The notes beneath the pieces are model-generated. The model had not been told where the DNA came from, ran no database searches, and was given only the letters and a program-made list of their open reading frames with translations. This document shows positions 49,333 to 59,497 of a stretch of DNA of 64,000 nt, in pieces. The DNA lies in contig CAWIEK010000060.1 in the NCBI GenBank assembly GCA_963835065.1, positions 1 to 64,000 on the forward strand, in the 5' to 3' direction. How positions within the stretch are numbered: position 1 is the first letter of the stretch; every line of letters starts with the position of its first letter. The stretch comes from an uncultured Chthonomonadaceae bacterium. GTDB lineage: Bacteria > Armatimonadota > Chthonomonadetes > Chthonomonadales > Chthonomonadaceae. The translations under genes were made by a program, and so were the position numbers.

Positions 49333-49905
49333 TCAGTCAATACGAAATGCTGCCAGGCAGCCCAGAAGCAGACACATAGCGATGGCGGCATAGCGCAGGC
49401 CCCGGCGCGGCAAACGCCGTCCCAGCGTTAAGCCGAGCGTGAGCGCCAGCGCTCCTTTTGTCGTCATGGCAAGCGTCGCGCCACACCAGACGGTGAGAGG
49501 CGCATGATACCGGGCGGCCAGCGTCGCCGCCGCGATTTGTCCCGCGTCTCCCCATTCGGTGAAAAAGATGGCGGAAAAGGCCGCCAATGCCGCCGTTCCC
49601 CAATGTCGGGGCGCTTCCCTGACTTCTTCTTCCTCTTTCTCCCGGCGCAGCCACAAGACCAGCGCCATCAGAAAGAACGTGGCCGCGCTGATACCGGCGA
49701 CTAGCGGCGCGGGCAGATGCGCGATCAAATCGCCGAAGCCCACGGCAACGCCCATTTTAATCATGAACGCCACCAGTAATCCCAGGAAAACCGGCGCGGC
49801 GCGATAACGGGTCGCCAGGACGCAGACGGAGCAAAGAGTCTTGTCGCCAAGCATTTCCGTAGCGAAAATGATGCTGTATGCGGTAACAAACAGCGAAAAG
49901 TTCAT
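49333..49905 (-). CDS. TMEM165/GDT1 (UPF0016) cation transporter
   Basis: Two motif copies, EMLGDKT and EWGDAGQ; hydrophobic throughout. Confidence 0.85.
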   Translation of the reverse strand: MNFSLFVTAYSIIFATEMLGDKTLCSVCVLATRYRAAPVFLGLLVAFMIKMGVAVGFGDLIAHLPAPLVAGISAATFFLMALVLWLRREKEEEEVREAPRHWGTAALAAFSAIFFTEWGDAGQIAAATLAARYHAPLTVWCGATLAMTTKGALALTLGLTLGRRLPRRGLRYAAIAMCLLLGCLAAFRID

Positions 49906-49978
49906 GCCATTCCTATCTCATGTTGAATGTTTGCTGAGTGTTCTCAGAGTTCGTAAAAGAACAAGTTCCCGCATACCG

Positions 49979-50052
49979 GTAGGGGCGCTGCTTGCCGCGC
50001 CCAAAATGCTTGCCACGCCCAAATTGGCCGGTAGGGGCGCTGCTTGCGCGGC
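49979..50052. repeat. GTAG-type REP copies in direct orientation
   Basis: GTAGGGGCGCTGCTTGC twice; same family as 8146. Confidence 0.7.
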
Positions 50053-50183
50053 ATCTGCGTGGCTGTCCGTCCCGCAGCAGAGGACACGGGGAGAGTATCG
50101 CCGCTTGCCGTGTACAAAAACGTGTACAAAAGGAAGGAAAAGCGCGTACGGGGCGGGAATTGGAGCGTGTGGAAAACGAAAAC

Positions 50184-53100
50184 ATGGAAAACGAGAACGG
50201 CGACGCGTCTGAGTGCAGGCTGCAAGCGCAATTGTTTGGTTCCTTTGACGCGCGGATCAATGGCGTACCCATCCCTCCGCTGCGCTCCCGGAAAGTGCAA
50301 TGGCTACTGGCTTTGCTCCTCCTGCGTCACGGCCAGGCTCTGGATCGGGTCTGGCTGGCGGGCACGCTCTGGCCGGAAAGCGCGCCCGGCCAGGCTTTGT
50401 ACAACTTGCGCCAGAGCCTGAGCAACTTACGTCGCGCGTTCGGCAAGGCCGGGCAATGTTTTCATGCCCCGATGGTAAACGCCCTGGCTCTGGACATCCC
50501 CGAGGCGACGGTAGATGTCATTTCCTTCGATGCTGCCATCGCAGCCGGGAAAAAGGCCGATCTGGAACGCGCCATCGCGCTGTATCGCGGCCCCCTGCTC
50601 GAAGGCTGCGCGGAAGAATGGGTGACGGGGGAGCGGCGCGTCCGCGAGGAGAATTACCTGAGCGCCTTGCATAAACTGGGGGAGATGGCTTCTGTCGGTG
50701 GCGACGGCAGCGCGGCTATAAAGTATTTTCGGATGGCGGTTCAGGCCGACCCTTTCCGCGAAACCGCGCAGCGCGCTTTGATACAAGCCCTGGCTTCTGT
50801 CGGCGATTACGGCGCGGCGGCGCAAGCCTATCGAGATCTGCGGCTCCTGCTGCGCCGTGAACTGAACACCGATCCCGACCCCGAAACGATAGCCTTGTTT
50901 CAGCGCCTGCGCAGCCAGGCGCGGCATCAGACACAACCTCGTCCTCCCCTGCCGGACGTTCCCCGCCCCTCTTCCCCGCGCCGTCTGCCCTCGCCGTTGA
51001 CAACGCTGGTAGGCAGAAAATCGGAAATGGAGCAGGCTGTTGCGATGCTGCGAATCGCGCGCCTGCTCACCCTGACGGGGCCGGGCGGCGTCGGCAAAAC
51101 CCGCCTGGCGATTGCAGCCGCCAATGAGATAGCGGAAGAGTACCCGGAGGGCGTCTGCTTTGTGGACCTCGCGCCGCTTTCCAATCCCGATTTGATCGCC
51201 CGAACCGTCGGAGTGGCGCTGCAAGTACGCGAAGAGCCGGGCCGCTCGCCCTGGGCAACGCTGCTGGACTATCTGCAATCGAAAACGCTGCTGCTGCTGA
51301 TGGACAACTGTGAGCATCTTCTGGAGGATTGCGCGCGCCTTGTGGACGACCTGCTGAAAAACTGTCCCGGAGTAAGCGTCCTTGCTACCAGTCGGCAAGC
51401 CCTGGGACTGACGGGCGAGACAGGATGGGCCGTGCCGCCGCTAACCCTGCCGATGCTCACTCGTTTTGCCCCGGCCGGCAAGCCTGCGTACAAAGATTGG
51501 CTGTCGCTGTTGAGCGAATATGAAGCCATTCAGCTTTTTGTGATACGGGCGCAGCAGGCGCTGCCCACCTTCCAAATGTCGGCGCACAATGCCGGAGACG
51601 GTCGCGCAAATCTGCGTTCATCTCGACGGAATACCCCTTGCCCTCGAACTTGCCGCCGCCCGCGTGGTCTCGCTTTCCGTCGAGGAAATCAACAGCAGAC
51701 TCAACAACCGCTTTCGCCTGCTGACCCGAGGCAGCCGCGCCGCTCTGCCCCGTCAGCAGACGCTTCGCGCCCTGATGGACTGGTCTTACGATCTGCTTAA
51801 CGACGAGGAAAAGGCGTTGCTGTGCCGTCTTTCGGTGTTCGCGGACGGCTGGACGCTGCAAGCCGCTGCAGAGGTTTGTACGGAGGAAAGCCTTGCAGGA
51901 GGCGAAGCCTTTGTAGCCTGGGAAACGCTGGACCTGCTGACCTCCCTGGCAGATAAAAGCCTGGTCATGGCTGCGTCGGAAGCCAGTCAGACGCGCTATC
52001 GGCTGCTGGAAACTGTGCGGCAGTATGCGCGCGACCGGCTGGCGGAAAGTGGGAACGACGGCAGGTGGCGCGCGGCGCATTGTCATTACTTCCTGCGTAT
52101 GGCGGAGGAGGCAGCCGGGAAACTCAAGGGGCCGGATCAAGTTCTTTGGCTGCAGCGTCTGGAAACCGAACATGACAACCTGCGCGCGGCCCTGGACTTT
52201 TGTTTGAACGCCTCAGAGGGCGCGACAATCGGGATTGCAGTTGGCCGGGAATTTGCAGCAGTTCTGGTGGATACGCGGACATTGGAGCGAAGGCCGAAAC
52301 CGCCTGGAAGCAGCGTTGAACCGGCCGGAAGCGCAGGAAGCGACAGAAGCGCGCGCCCGCGCGTTGCTTGGGGCGGGATCGTTAGCCTGGATGCAGGGCG
52401 ACTATGCTTCCGCGCGTTCTTTTTATGAAGCCGCCCTGACTCTGGGGCGAAAACTGGAAAACAGGAACGTCATTGCCGGTTCCCTGGGCAATCTGGGCAC
52501 TGTGGCGACTCTGCAAAGCGACTATGCCGTCGCGCGTTCTTGCTTTGAGGAGAGCCTGGCAATCAAACGCGAGTTGGGAGACAGGCGGGACATTTCTAAT
52601 ACCCTGGTCGGTTTGGGCACGGTGGCTATGGAGCAAGGCGATTATGAGTCCGCGCGCTTGCTCGGTAAGGAAAGCCTGGCGTTGGGGCGGGAACTGGAAG
52701 ATAAGGAGAGGATTGCCAGGTCTTTGATTAACCTGGCAAATGTGGCGATGCTGCAAAGCGACTATGCCACCGCGCGGTTGCTTTTTGAGGAAAGCCTGGC
52801 AATCAAACGCGAGCTAGGAGACAAGCGGGGTATTGCCAATGTGCTGAACGGTTTGGGAAACGTGGCGAAGGAGCAGGGAAGTCACGGCGTGGCGCGTTCT
52901 CTCTATGAAGAGAGTCTGGCGCTGCAAAGAGAATTAGGAGACAGGGAAGGGTTGTCCGTCTCGCTGTGCAGCCTGGGGTTTTTGCTGGGCAGGCAGGAGG
53001 ATTATTCTGCCGCGCAGGAGTGTCTGAAAGAGTGTCTTGGCATCTGTCGAGAATTAGACAAAAAACGCATGACAGCCTACGCCCTGGAAGGCTGTGCGGA

Positions 53101-53353
53101 ACTGGCGTACCGGCAGCAGCAGACGGCGCGGGCTGCCCGTTGCTACGGAGCGGCAAACGCTTTGCGCAAAACTATCGGCGCTTCGCTGCTGCCCAACGAG
53201 CGTCAGGAGCAGGAGCGCTATGTGGCTGCGTTGCGGGAAGCGGCAGGGGAGGACATATTTTCGGCGGCATGGGCAGAAGGACAAGCCATGACGCTGGAAC
53301 AGGCAATGGCCTGCGCATTATCAGAATGCAGCGCCGGGTTCGACCCTCTTTGA
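50184..53353 (+). CDS. SARP/BTAD-STAND ATPase-TPR transcriptional regulator; frameshifts near 51592 and 52230
   Basis: LYRGPLL (BTAD), GPGGVGKT, LLMDNCEH, LDGIPLALELAA, tandem TPR repeats. Confidence 0.9.
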
Positions 53354-53487
53354 ACTGCCGTTCCCCAACCCGGCAGTAGGCGCTGCTCATCAGTATCCGT
53401 GTTAGCCGTACCGGATTCCCGCCCCTCTCCTGCCAGGTTGGCAAAGAGGGGCGAGAGCCGCCATCCTTTTGTCGGACGCGCCTCCTA

Positions 53488-55210
53488 TCAGCGCGCCATC
53501 TGGAAGTGTTCCACGATTGGCCCCAGGGCAAGGGCCGGGAAGAAGCTCAGGCCACCCACAATCAGGGCCGTGACAACCAGCACCGCCCCGAATAAAAGGC
53601 CGTCCGTTGGCAGCGTACCGATTGTTTCTGCGCGCCGTCCCTGCCGCGCCAGGTGTCCCGCCAGCGCCAGAGCAGGGATGGCAAGAAAGAACCGCCCCGC
53701 TATCATTGCAATGGCCGTCGTGATATTGTAGAACGGCGAGTTGGCGGACAGCCCGGCGAAACTCTGGCCGTTGTTGGCGAAACTGGAGGTGTAGGCGTAG
53801 AAAATCTCGGTGAAACCGTGCGCCCCACCGTTTGTTGTCAGGCCCTCCAGCCCCTTCGGAGCGATCACGGCCACTGCCGACAGCAGCAGGACCGCGCACG
53901 GCAGCGCCAGAGTGTACAAAACAATCAGCTTCATTTCCGGGGGACCGATTTGTTTGCCAAGATATTCCGGCGTCCGTCCAATCATTAAGCCCGCGATGAA
54001 GACGCCGATCAAAGCCGTGAACACAATGCTGTAGATTCCCGTGCCCAGGCCCCCGAAGACGATCTCGCCCGACAGCATATTCACCAGAGGAACCATGCCG
54101 CCGATGGGCGTGTAGCTGTCGTGCATGGAATTGGTTGAGCCGGTGGCGGTGTTGGAGGTTGTAATCGCCGTCAGCACGGAAGCGCCCACGCCGAAGCGGG
54201 TTTCTTTACCCTCCATGTTGCCGCCGGACTGTCCATTCGTGGACGCGGCGGCAGCGCCTGACGCGCTGACTTGCGGTATACCGCTCTGCTCGGCATGGTG
54301 ACAGAAGGCGAGGCCGGCGACAAACAGAAAGGTCATCACGCCGAGCAGCATCCAGCCCTGCCGCAAGCGCTCGGTCATGCGTCCAAAGGTGTAGGTGAAT
54401 GCGGCGGGCAGGGCCGTGATCGCAAGCAGTTATAACAGGTTCGTGAGCGGGGTCGGGTTTTCAAAAGGATGCGCGCCATTGACGTTGAAGAAGCCGCCAC
54501 CGTTCGTGCCCAGGTTCTTGATGATCTCCAGGGGCGCGACCGGGCCTTGCGCAATGGTCTGCTTCGCGCCCTCCAGCGTCGTTACCTCCGTATAGGGATG
54601 TAAGTTCGCGGGAACGCCCTGCCAGACCAGCAGCAAGGCTCCCAACAGGGACAGCGGCAGCAGTATCCAGAGGACCGCGCGCGTCATGTCTACCCAGAAG
54701 TTACCCAGTCGTGACGTTTTTTCCCGCGCCAGGCCGCGAATGAAGGCAACGCCGACGGCCAGGCCCGCAGCGGCGGCAAGGAAGTTTTGGGCGGTCAGGC
54801 CAACCATCTGGCTGAAGTAGCTCATGGTGCCTTCGCCGCCGTATGCCTGCCAGGTGGATGTCGTCGAAAAGCTGATGGTCGTATTGGCGGCAAGGTCGGG
54901 CGTCAGGGGCGTGGTGAGGTGCGCGGGATCGGAGAAGGGGAGATGGGTTTGCAGGCGCAGGAGGGCATAAAGCAGCAGGGTTCCCACGAGACTGAACAGA
55001 ATGAAGGCGCTTGCGTATTCGCTCCATGTCATATCCTGTTTGGGATTGATCGTCATCAGGCGGTAGAGTCCGCGTTCAAGCGGGCGCAGGATGGGGTCGC
55101 ACACCGTCGGCTCCCCGGAGAACACGCGCCATGTAGCCTCCCAGCGGCTTGACCAGCGCGAAAACAATCAGAAGGAAAAACACGTACTGACATAAATTTA
55201 CCAGGCTCAT
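53488..55210 (-). CDS. kdpA: Potassium-transporting ATPase subunit KdpA; frameshifts near 55123 and 54430
   Basis: KPLGGYMARV, WQAYGGE, IKNLGTNGGGFF, MEGKETRFG, GRTPEYLGK, ANNGQSFAGL, FFPALALGPIVEH. Confidence 0.93.
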
Positions 55211-55213
55211 CCT

Positions 55214-55395
55214 TGTAACCTCCAGTTACACAAATGACAAAAGGGAGGCCAAAGTCCTGCAAAGCCGCGAGAATGGGTTTAACCATCCTGGCGTTTCTGT
55301 GGACTTCGGCCTCCCGCACGACAAAGCGCCCCTTCCTGAGAGTGGACTCCTTCGTTCCGGCAGCCGGAGTTGACGCTCCGAACTTAAAGTTGTTT
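55214..55395 (-). promoter_or_regulatory. Structured 5' leader of kdpA (attenuator/riboswitch candidate)
   Basis: 73 nt hairpin GGGAGGCCGAAGTCC...GGACTTTGGCCTCCC plus TTTT; RBS within a TGTAAC/GTTACA stem. Confidence 0.55.
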
Positions 55396-55405
55396 CTACT
55401 GCGCT

Positions 55406-55434
55406 ATTCTACCACACCATGTTAGACGAATCAA
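55406..55434 (-). promoter_or_regulatory. sigma70-type promoter for kdpA
   Basis: TTGATT, 17 bp spacer, TAGAAT with an extended -10 TG. Confidence 0.65.
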
Positions 55435-55466
55435 CCTCTGGCGTAAATTGTTTTTGCTGGCAGTAT

Positions 55467-56192
55467 TCAGTTTGCGGGGCGGCTCTCGACGCCTGCCAGC
55501 TTACTCGCGCGCTTTACATCGCCGAAAACGAAGCGGGTGAGCAGTTCGTAGCCTGTCGCGTTCAGGTGCAGGTGATCCTCGCGGTACAGTTCCGGGCGGA
55601 TTTCGCCTTTTTTGGAAAGCAAAGCTCTCTCCGGGTTGAGAAAAGTCACCAGCCGATCCTGACGGACAAGGGCGTGAACCAGCCGCGCGGTTTCGTGGTA
55701 CTGTTCGCGCAATTCCTCGCGTATCGGCGCGGGAATAGGGCCGAGGTAGATAAGCCGGGCGTCGGGAAGGGCCGTATGCAGCTTTGTGATAAACTCCTGC
55801 AAATCGGAAGTGATCTGTGAGGGGGAGCGGCCCGCCGCCAGATCGTTGCCCCCGGCGTGGAGAACAACTAATTTGGGATGGAAGGGGGATACAAGGCGGT
55901 CAAAATAGAAAACGCTGTCGGAAAGCTGTGATCCGCCAAAGCCATGATTGACAACGGGCAGGCCGGGAAACGAAGTCGCAAGCGGCCACATGCGGATGTT
56001 GGAACTGCCGATAAACACGATGCCGTTGGAGGGCGGCGGCGTAGCGGCGTCCCGTTTTTCAAGCGCCGTGATTTCGGCGGCAAACCGCGCGGGATCGGCG
56101 GGCGGGTGGTCGGCCAGCAACGGCGCAGGCAGCAAACACAGCATGAGGGCTAAGAAACTTCTCATTCGAGCGGAACGGCCAATGTGCGGCAT
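55467..56192 (-). CDS. Secreted SGNH/GDSL hydrolase
   Basis: FIGSSN, NHGFGGS, AGGND, DHLH. Confidence 0.88.
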   Translation of the reverse strand: MPHIGRSARMRSFLALMLCLLPAPLLADHPPADPARFAAEITALEKRDAATPPPSNGIVFIGSSNIRMWPLATSFPGLPVVNHGFGGSQLSDSVFYFDRLVSPFHPKLVVLHAGGNDLAAGRSPSQITSDLQEFITKLHTALPDARLIYLGPIPAPIREELREQYHETARLVHALVRQDRLVTFLNPERALLSKKGEIRPELYREDHLHLNATGYELLTRFVFGDVKRASKLAGVESRPAN

Positions 56193-56254
56193 CTCAGTTC
56201 GTCCTTTTTCTTCTTCGGGTTATAACCGGATTATATCTATTTAATCTCTTGCCG

Positions 56255-56610
56255 CTGACGAACCTTCAGATTTTGCGATAGGAGAACAAGACTGTTTCGG
56301 TGACAAAGTTGGTAGAATGTAAGCGCCAACCCACATGCTCACCGAGTTCAACCATGAAACAGCCTTGTACGAATTATGATACCCTGTCAGCGCGTTTGCG
56401 TCTACGTGTGCCTGACGCCAGTGTGCCCCAACTCCACAATCTGGCGCTGTTCATCTCTGGCTTGGTGCTTGCCGGCCATGTCCATGTGCCCAAAATCGCG
56501 TTGTTCTTGCCTATTGCCGGTAACGCGCCCAACGCCTTCCTATTCCCGGTAACGCGCGCAACGCCTTGCAGCGCCTGGAACGCTTTCTCAAGAACAAGGC
56601 GAGTGCGCCT
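56255..56610 (+). mobile_element. IS4-family left end with a truncated transposase N-terminus
   Basis: Starts CTGACGAACCTTCAG and matches 12135-11985; MKQPCTNYDTL...QRLERFLKN interrupted by a 29 bp tandem duplication at 56510-56567. Confidence 0.75.
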
Positions 56611-56834
56611 TATTTGAGATAATTTCTAATCCCACCATGATAACAAAGCCGCTTACGTAGGCGAACAGCCCCGCTATCCCCCTTGAAGGTCCCAATCGGC
56701 AGTAGATTGGAAAGAGGCTGGCTGCGCTGAGTCCCCATATCAACAGTGCGATTAAGCATGTGTCAAATCGGCCTGATTGATAATGGTTCAGATACTTCAA
56801 GCTATTATGTCCTATGAAGTACAAAAAGGAGTAA

Positions 56835-58100
56835 TTAGCGTTGATCGCGCACAGGGTTAATCAGGACGCGATTGTACAGGTCCGTCCATTCTTTTGTGCC
56901 GTCGTCGGCGCGGACTTCCATTGTGACGCCGCGCTCCTGAACCGGGTTGTTGCCGACCCAGCAATCGTCCCAGCACTGGCGCAGACTGGCGTAATGCGCG
57001 ACGCGCCCGCCCGGCCACACAACGGACAGCAGCAGGCGCGGCTTGGGAAACTCGAACGGCGGCTCCATGCGATAGCGCGTCAGGGCGTCCTCGTCTATTT
57101 CAATGCCTAATCCCGGCGCGTCCGGCACATGGGCATAGCCGCCCTTGATTTCTAAGGGCGTGGTCAGCAAATCATCGGCGTAGTTGTTCAGGCAGTTGAC
57201 GCTCGGCCATTGCGCGAACGGCAGCACCGCGCCCAGATGCAGCGACAGGGTTGTGGTCAGTCCCGTTCCCACCATTTGCAGCCAGAAGGGTTTTTCAAAC
57301 GCAGCGGCAAGCGTTCCCTGCCGCATGATACTCGCCACGCCGCCGCCCACGACAAACCCGTCGCACACCTCGTCCCGAACCACAACCGGGAACGGCGGCT
57401 CGCCGAAGTGCAGGGCAATCGGGCGGGTGGTCTTTTGCCTGAGTTGCCGATGCCCTTCCACGTCGCGCTGCATGATGGGCAACTCGTAAATGGCGACCCG
57501 CTCTTCCTTGTCCAACTCCGTCAGCACGGGCGCGGCGTTGCCTGCGTTGAGCAGCATATTGTTCCAGTCCAGATCGAGCCGGAAATGGGGCGGCGTCACT
57601 TTGCTGATGGCGTCCACCTGCGCGTACACGTCCCACCAGGGCCGCGCCTTGATCTTGTACGACGTATAGCCTGCGGCAAGCGCGTCCTGCGCTTCCATTG
57701 CGAACGCTTCGGGCGGCATGTCAATGTTCCACCAACTGATGGGACACCACTCGCGGACGCGCGGCAGTCCCAACAGCCGATAGACCGGAACGCCCATCGC
57801 CTTGCCGACGACATCGTACAGCGCCATTTGCAGCCCCGCGCCCAAACTGTCGTCGCCCAAAAACTCCGCCGGGTTACGCCCCTTCACTTTGGCAATCGCC
57901 TCGTCCGACACGCGCCCCCACGTATAATGCAGAATGGTTTCGCCATAGCCGACTATGTCCGGCACGTCCGTCGTGACCCGTATCACTTCGCTGATGCGCC
58001 ACTGCCACACTTCCCGCGCATTCCACTCCTGACAGCGCGGCGTAAACGGCACGTCCACGACAATACGCTCAACCTCCACAACCCGCACCCCTGCCGCCAT
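56835..58100 (-). CDS. Mandelate racemase/muconate lactonizing enzyme (enolase superfamily)
   Basis: GYGE, MALYDVVGK, YKIK, LDWN, PDAPGLGIEID. Confidence 0.9.
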   Translation of the reverse strand: MAAGVRVVEVERIVVDVPFTPRCQEWNAREVWQWRISEVIRVTTDVPDIVGYGETILHYTWGRVSDEAIAKVKGRNPAEFLGDDSLGAGLQMALYDVVGKAMGVPVYRLLGLPRVREWCPISWWNIDMPPEAFAMEAQDALAAGYTSYKIKARPWWDVYAQVDAISKVTPPHFRLDLDWNNMLLNAGNAAPVLTELDKEERVAIYELPIMQRDVEGHRQLRQKTTRPIALHFGEPPFPVVVRDEVCDGFVVGGGVASIMRQGTLAAAFEKPFWLQMVGTGLTTTLSLHLGAVLPFAQWPSVNCLNNYADDLLTTPLEIKGGYAHVPDAPGLGIEIDEDALTRYRMEPPFEFPKPRLLLSVVWPGGRVAHYASLRQCWDDCWVGNNPVQERGVTMEVRADDGTKEWTDLYNRVLINPVRDQR

Positions 58101-58120
58101 AAGTTAGTCTCCAGAAGAGT

Positions 58121-58306
58121 TCACCACAGAGACACAGAGACACAGAGGTTTCACAGAGAAAAACGAAAAAGAGAAGATATAAGATTTAAGATACAAGATA
58201 CTAGCGGGAGGGATCGCAAGCGTGTTCTCTCCTTGAGTAATCCTGTCTATTTCTCCTCTTTTCCCTCCCTCTGTGAAACCTCTGTGTCTCTGTGCCTCTG
58301 TGGTGA
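58121..58306. repeat. Intergenic element with 38 bp inverted arms (TCACCACAGAG...CTCTGTGGTGA)
   Basis: Arms 58121-58158 and 58269-58306 differ at one base; AAGATA-like heptamers inside. Confidence 0.85.
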
Positions 58307-58313
58307 GGATAAA

Positions 58314-59255
58314 TCACTTCTTTGTATCAGACGGGATGCCCACGTCGCGGATGGTTTTGGCGAAGCGCTGCGTGGCGTCCAGGCATTCCTTGATTTGCGG
58401 CATGGGGTTGTCTTCGTGTTCCTCGTATTCCAGCATGATCGGCCCGCGATACTTGATGTCCACGAGAACGCGCATCAGGGCAATCGTGTCGAGCAGGCCG
58501 CCGGTTACGCCGATTTCCGTGAACTCTTTGGCGTTGTTCGCGCCGATTTTCACGTTTTTGAGGTGAATGTCGTGCAGGCGCGGCCCCATGTCTTTGGCGA
58601 CCTGAACCGGGTTGACGCCGCTGCGCAGATAGTGGCCGGTATCGTTGCACGACCCAATGCGCTCGCTATGCCCCTGCACCGCCTTTTGCAGCTTTTCTTC
58701 CGTGTCGTACAAGCCATCGCCCGGTCCGTGATTGTGGATGCCGATGTTGATTTTGTATTCCTCGGTCAGCTTGTCCAGCACGGCAAAGGCGTCGGGTTTG
58801 GGAGATGCCGAAATTACCTGAACGCCCATCGCTTTGGCAAACTCGAACTTCTTGCGCGCGTCCGCCTCGTCGCTGCTGAAGTCAATCACGCCATACCCGA
58901 CCAGCCGAACGTTGTGCGCCTTCAATTTGTCCTGATATTCGGCCAGGACTTTCGGATCGTCGGTCATGGGGAAGTGGGAAGGGAACGCTTCCAGACTGCG
59001 CAGACCCAACTCCTGCGTTTTGGCAAGCATTTCCTCGGTCTTGAAATGGCGCAGCGAGTAGGACTGAATGCCCACCCGAAACGGCGCGTAGGGATTATTG
59101 CGGCGGGGAGTGGCGTTGTTCTGCGCCGGCTGCTGCGCCGCATCCTGCGCTTGGGCCTTAAAGGCTTGCGCCAGAAGGGGCAAACTCAGCGTCGTCAGCA
59201 GTCCATTGCGCAGCAGCGCGCGACGGGACAGCCGTAAATCGTGTTCAAGCGTCAT
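58314..59255 (-). CDS. Tat-exported sugar phosphate isomerase/epimerase (xylose isomerase-like TIM barrel)
   Basis: SRRALL signal; GIQSYSLR, IHNH, DTGH, IHLK, MLEYE. Confidence 0.88.
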   Translation of the reverse strand: MTLEHDLRLSRRALLRNGLLTTLSLPLLAQAFKAQAQDAAQQPAQNNATPRRNNPYAPFRVGIQSYSLRHFKTEEMLAKTQELGLRSLEAFPSHFPMTDDPKVLAEYQDKLKAHNVRLVGYGVIDFSSDEADARKKFEFAKAMGVQVISASPKPDAFAVLDKLTEEYKINIGIHNHGPGDGLYDTEEKLQKAVQGHSERIGSCNDTGHYLRSGVNPVQVAKDMGPRLHDIHLKNVKIGANNAKEFTEIGVTGGLLDTIALMRVLVDIKYRGPIMLEYEEHEDNPMPQIKECLDATQRFAKTIRDVGIPSDTKK

Positions 59256-59497
59256 GGTGTCATTCTCCTTGAATTGGCTCCCATCGTTCCTCCGACAGAA
59301 GCCCTGAGCAGTTGAGAGTTGGAAGTTCGTAGTTGATAGAGATACCGGAACCGCGAACTTTCAACGACTACTCGTTTAGTGAAAAATCAGAGCGGATAAC
59401 GCTGTATTCACCACCAACAAGAAAACGTCCTGCACAACAGCGAACCACTCAGACACGAATTTCACTTATATCTCATATCTTATATCTTATATCTTCC

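Noticed and set aside
49906..50180. yybP-ykoY manganese riboswitch upstream of the GDT1 gene
   Set aside because: I could not recognise the consensus, and the region is occupied by REP copies. cmscan would settle it.
56588..56824. AT-rich 78 aa ORF next to the IS remnant
   Set aside because: It is short, has no recognisable motif and overlaps the IS fragment; probably a gene remnant.
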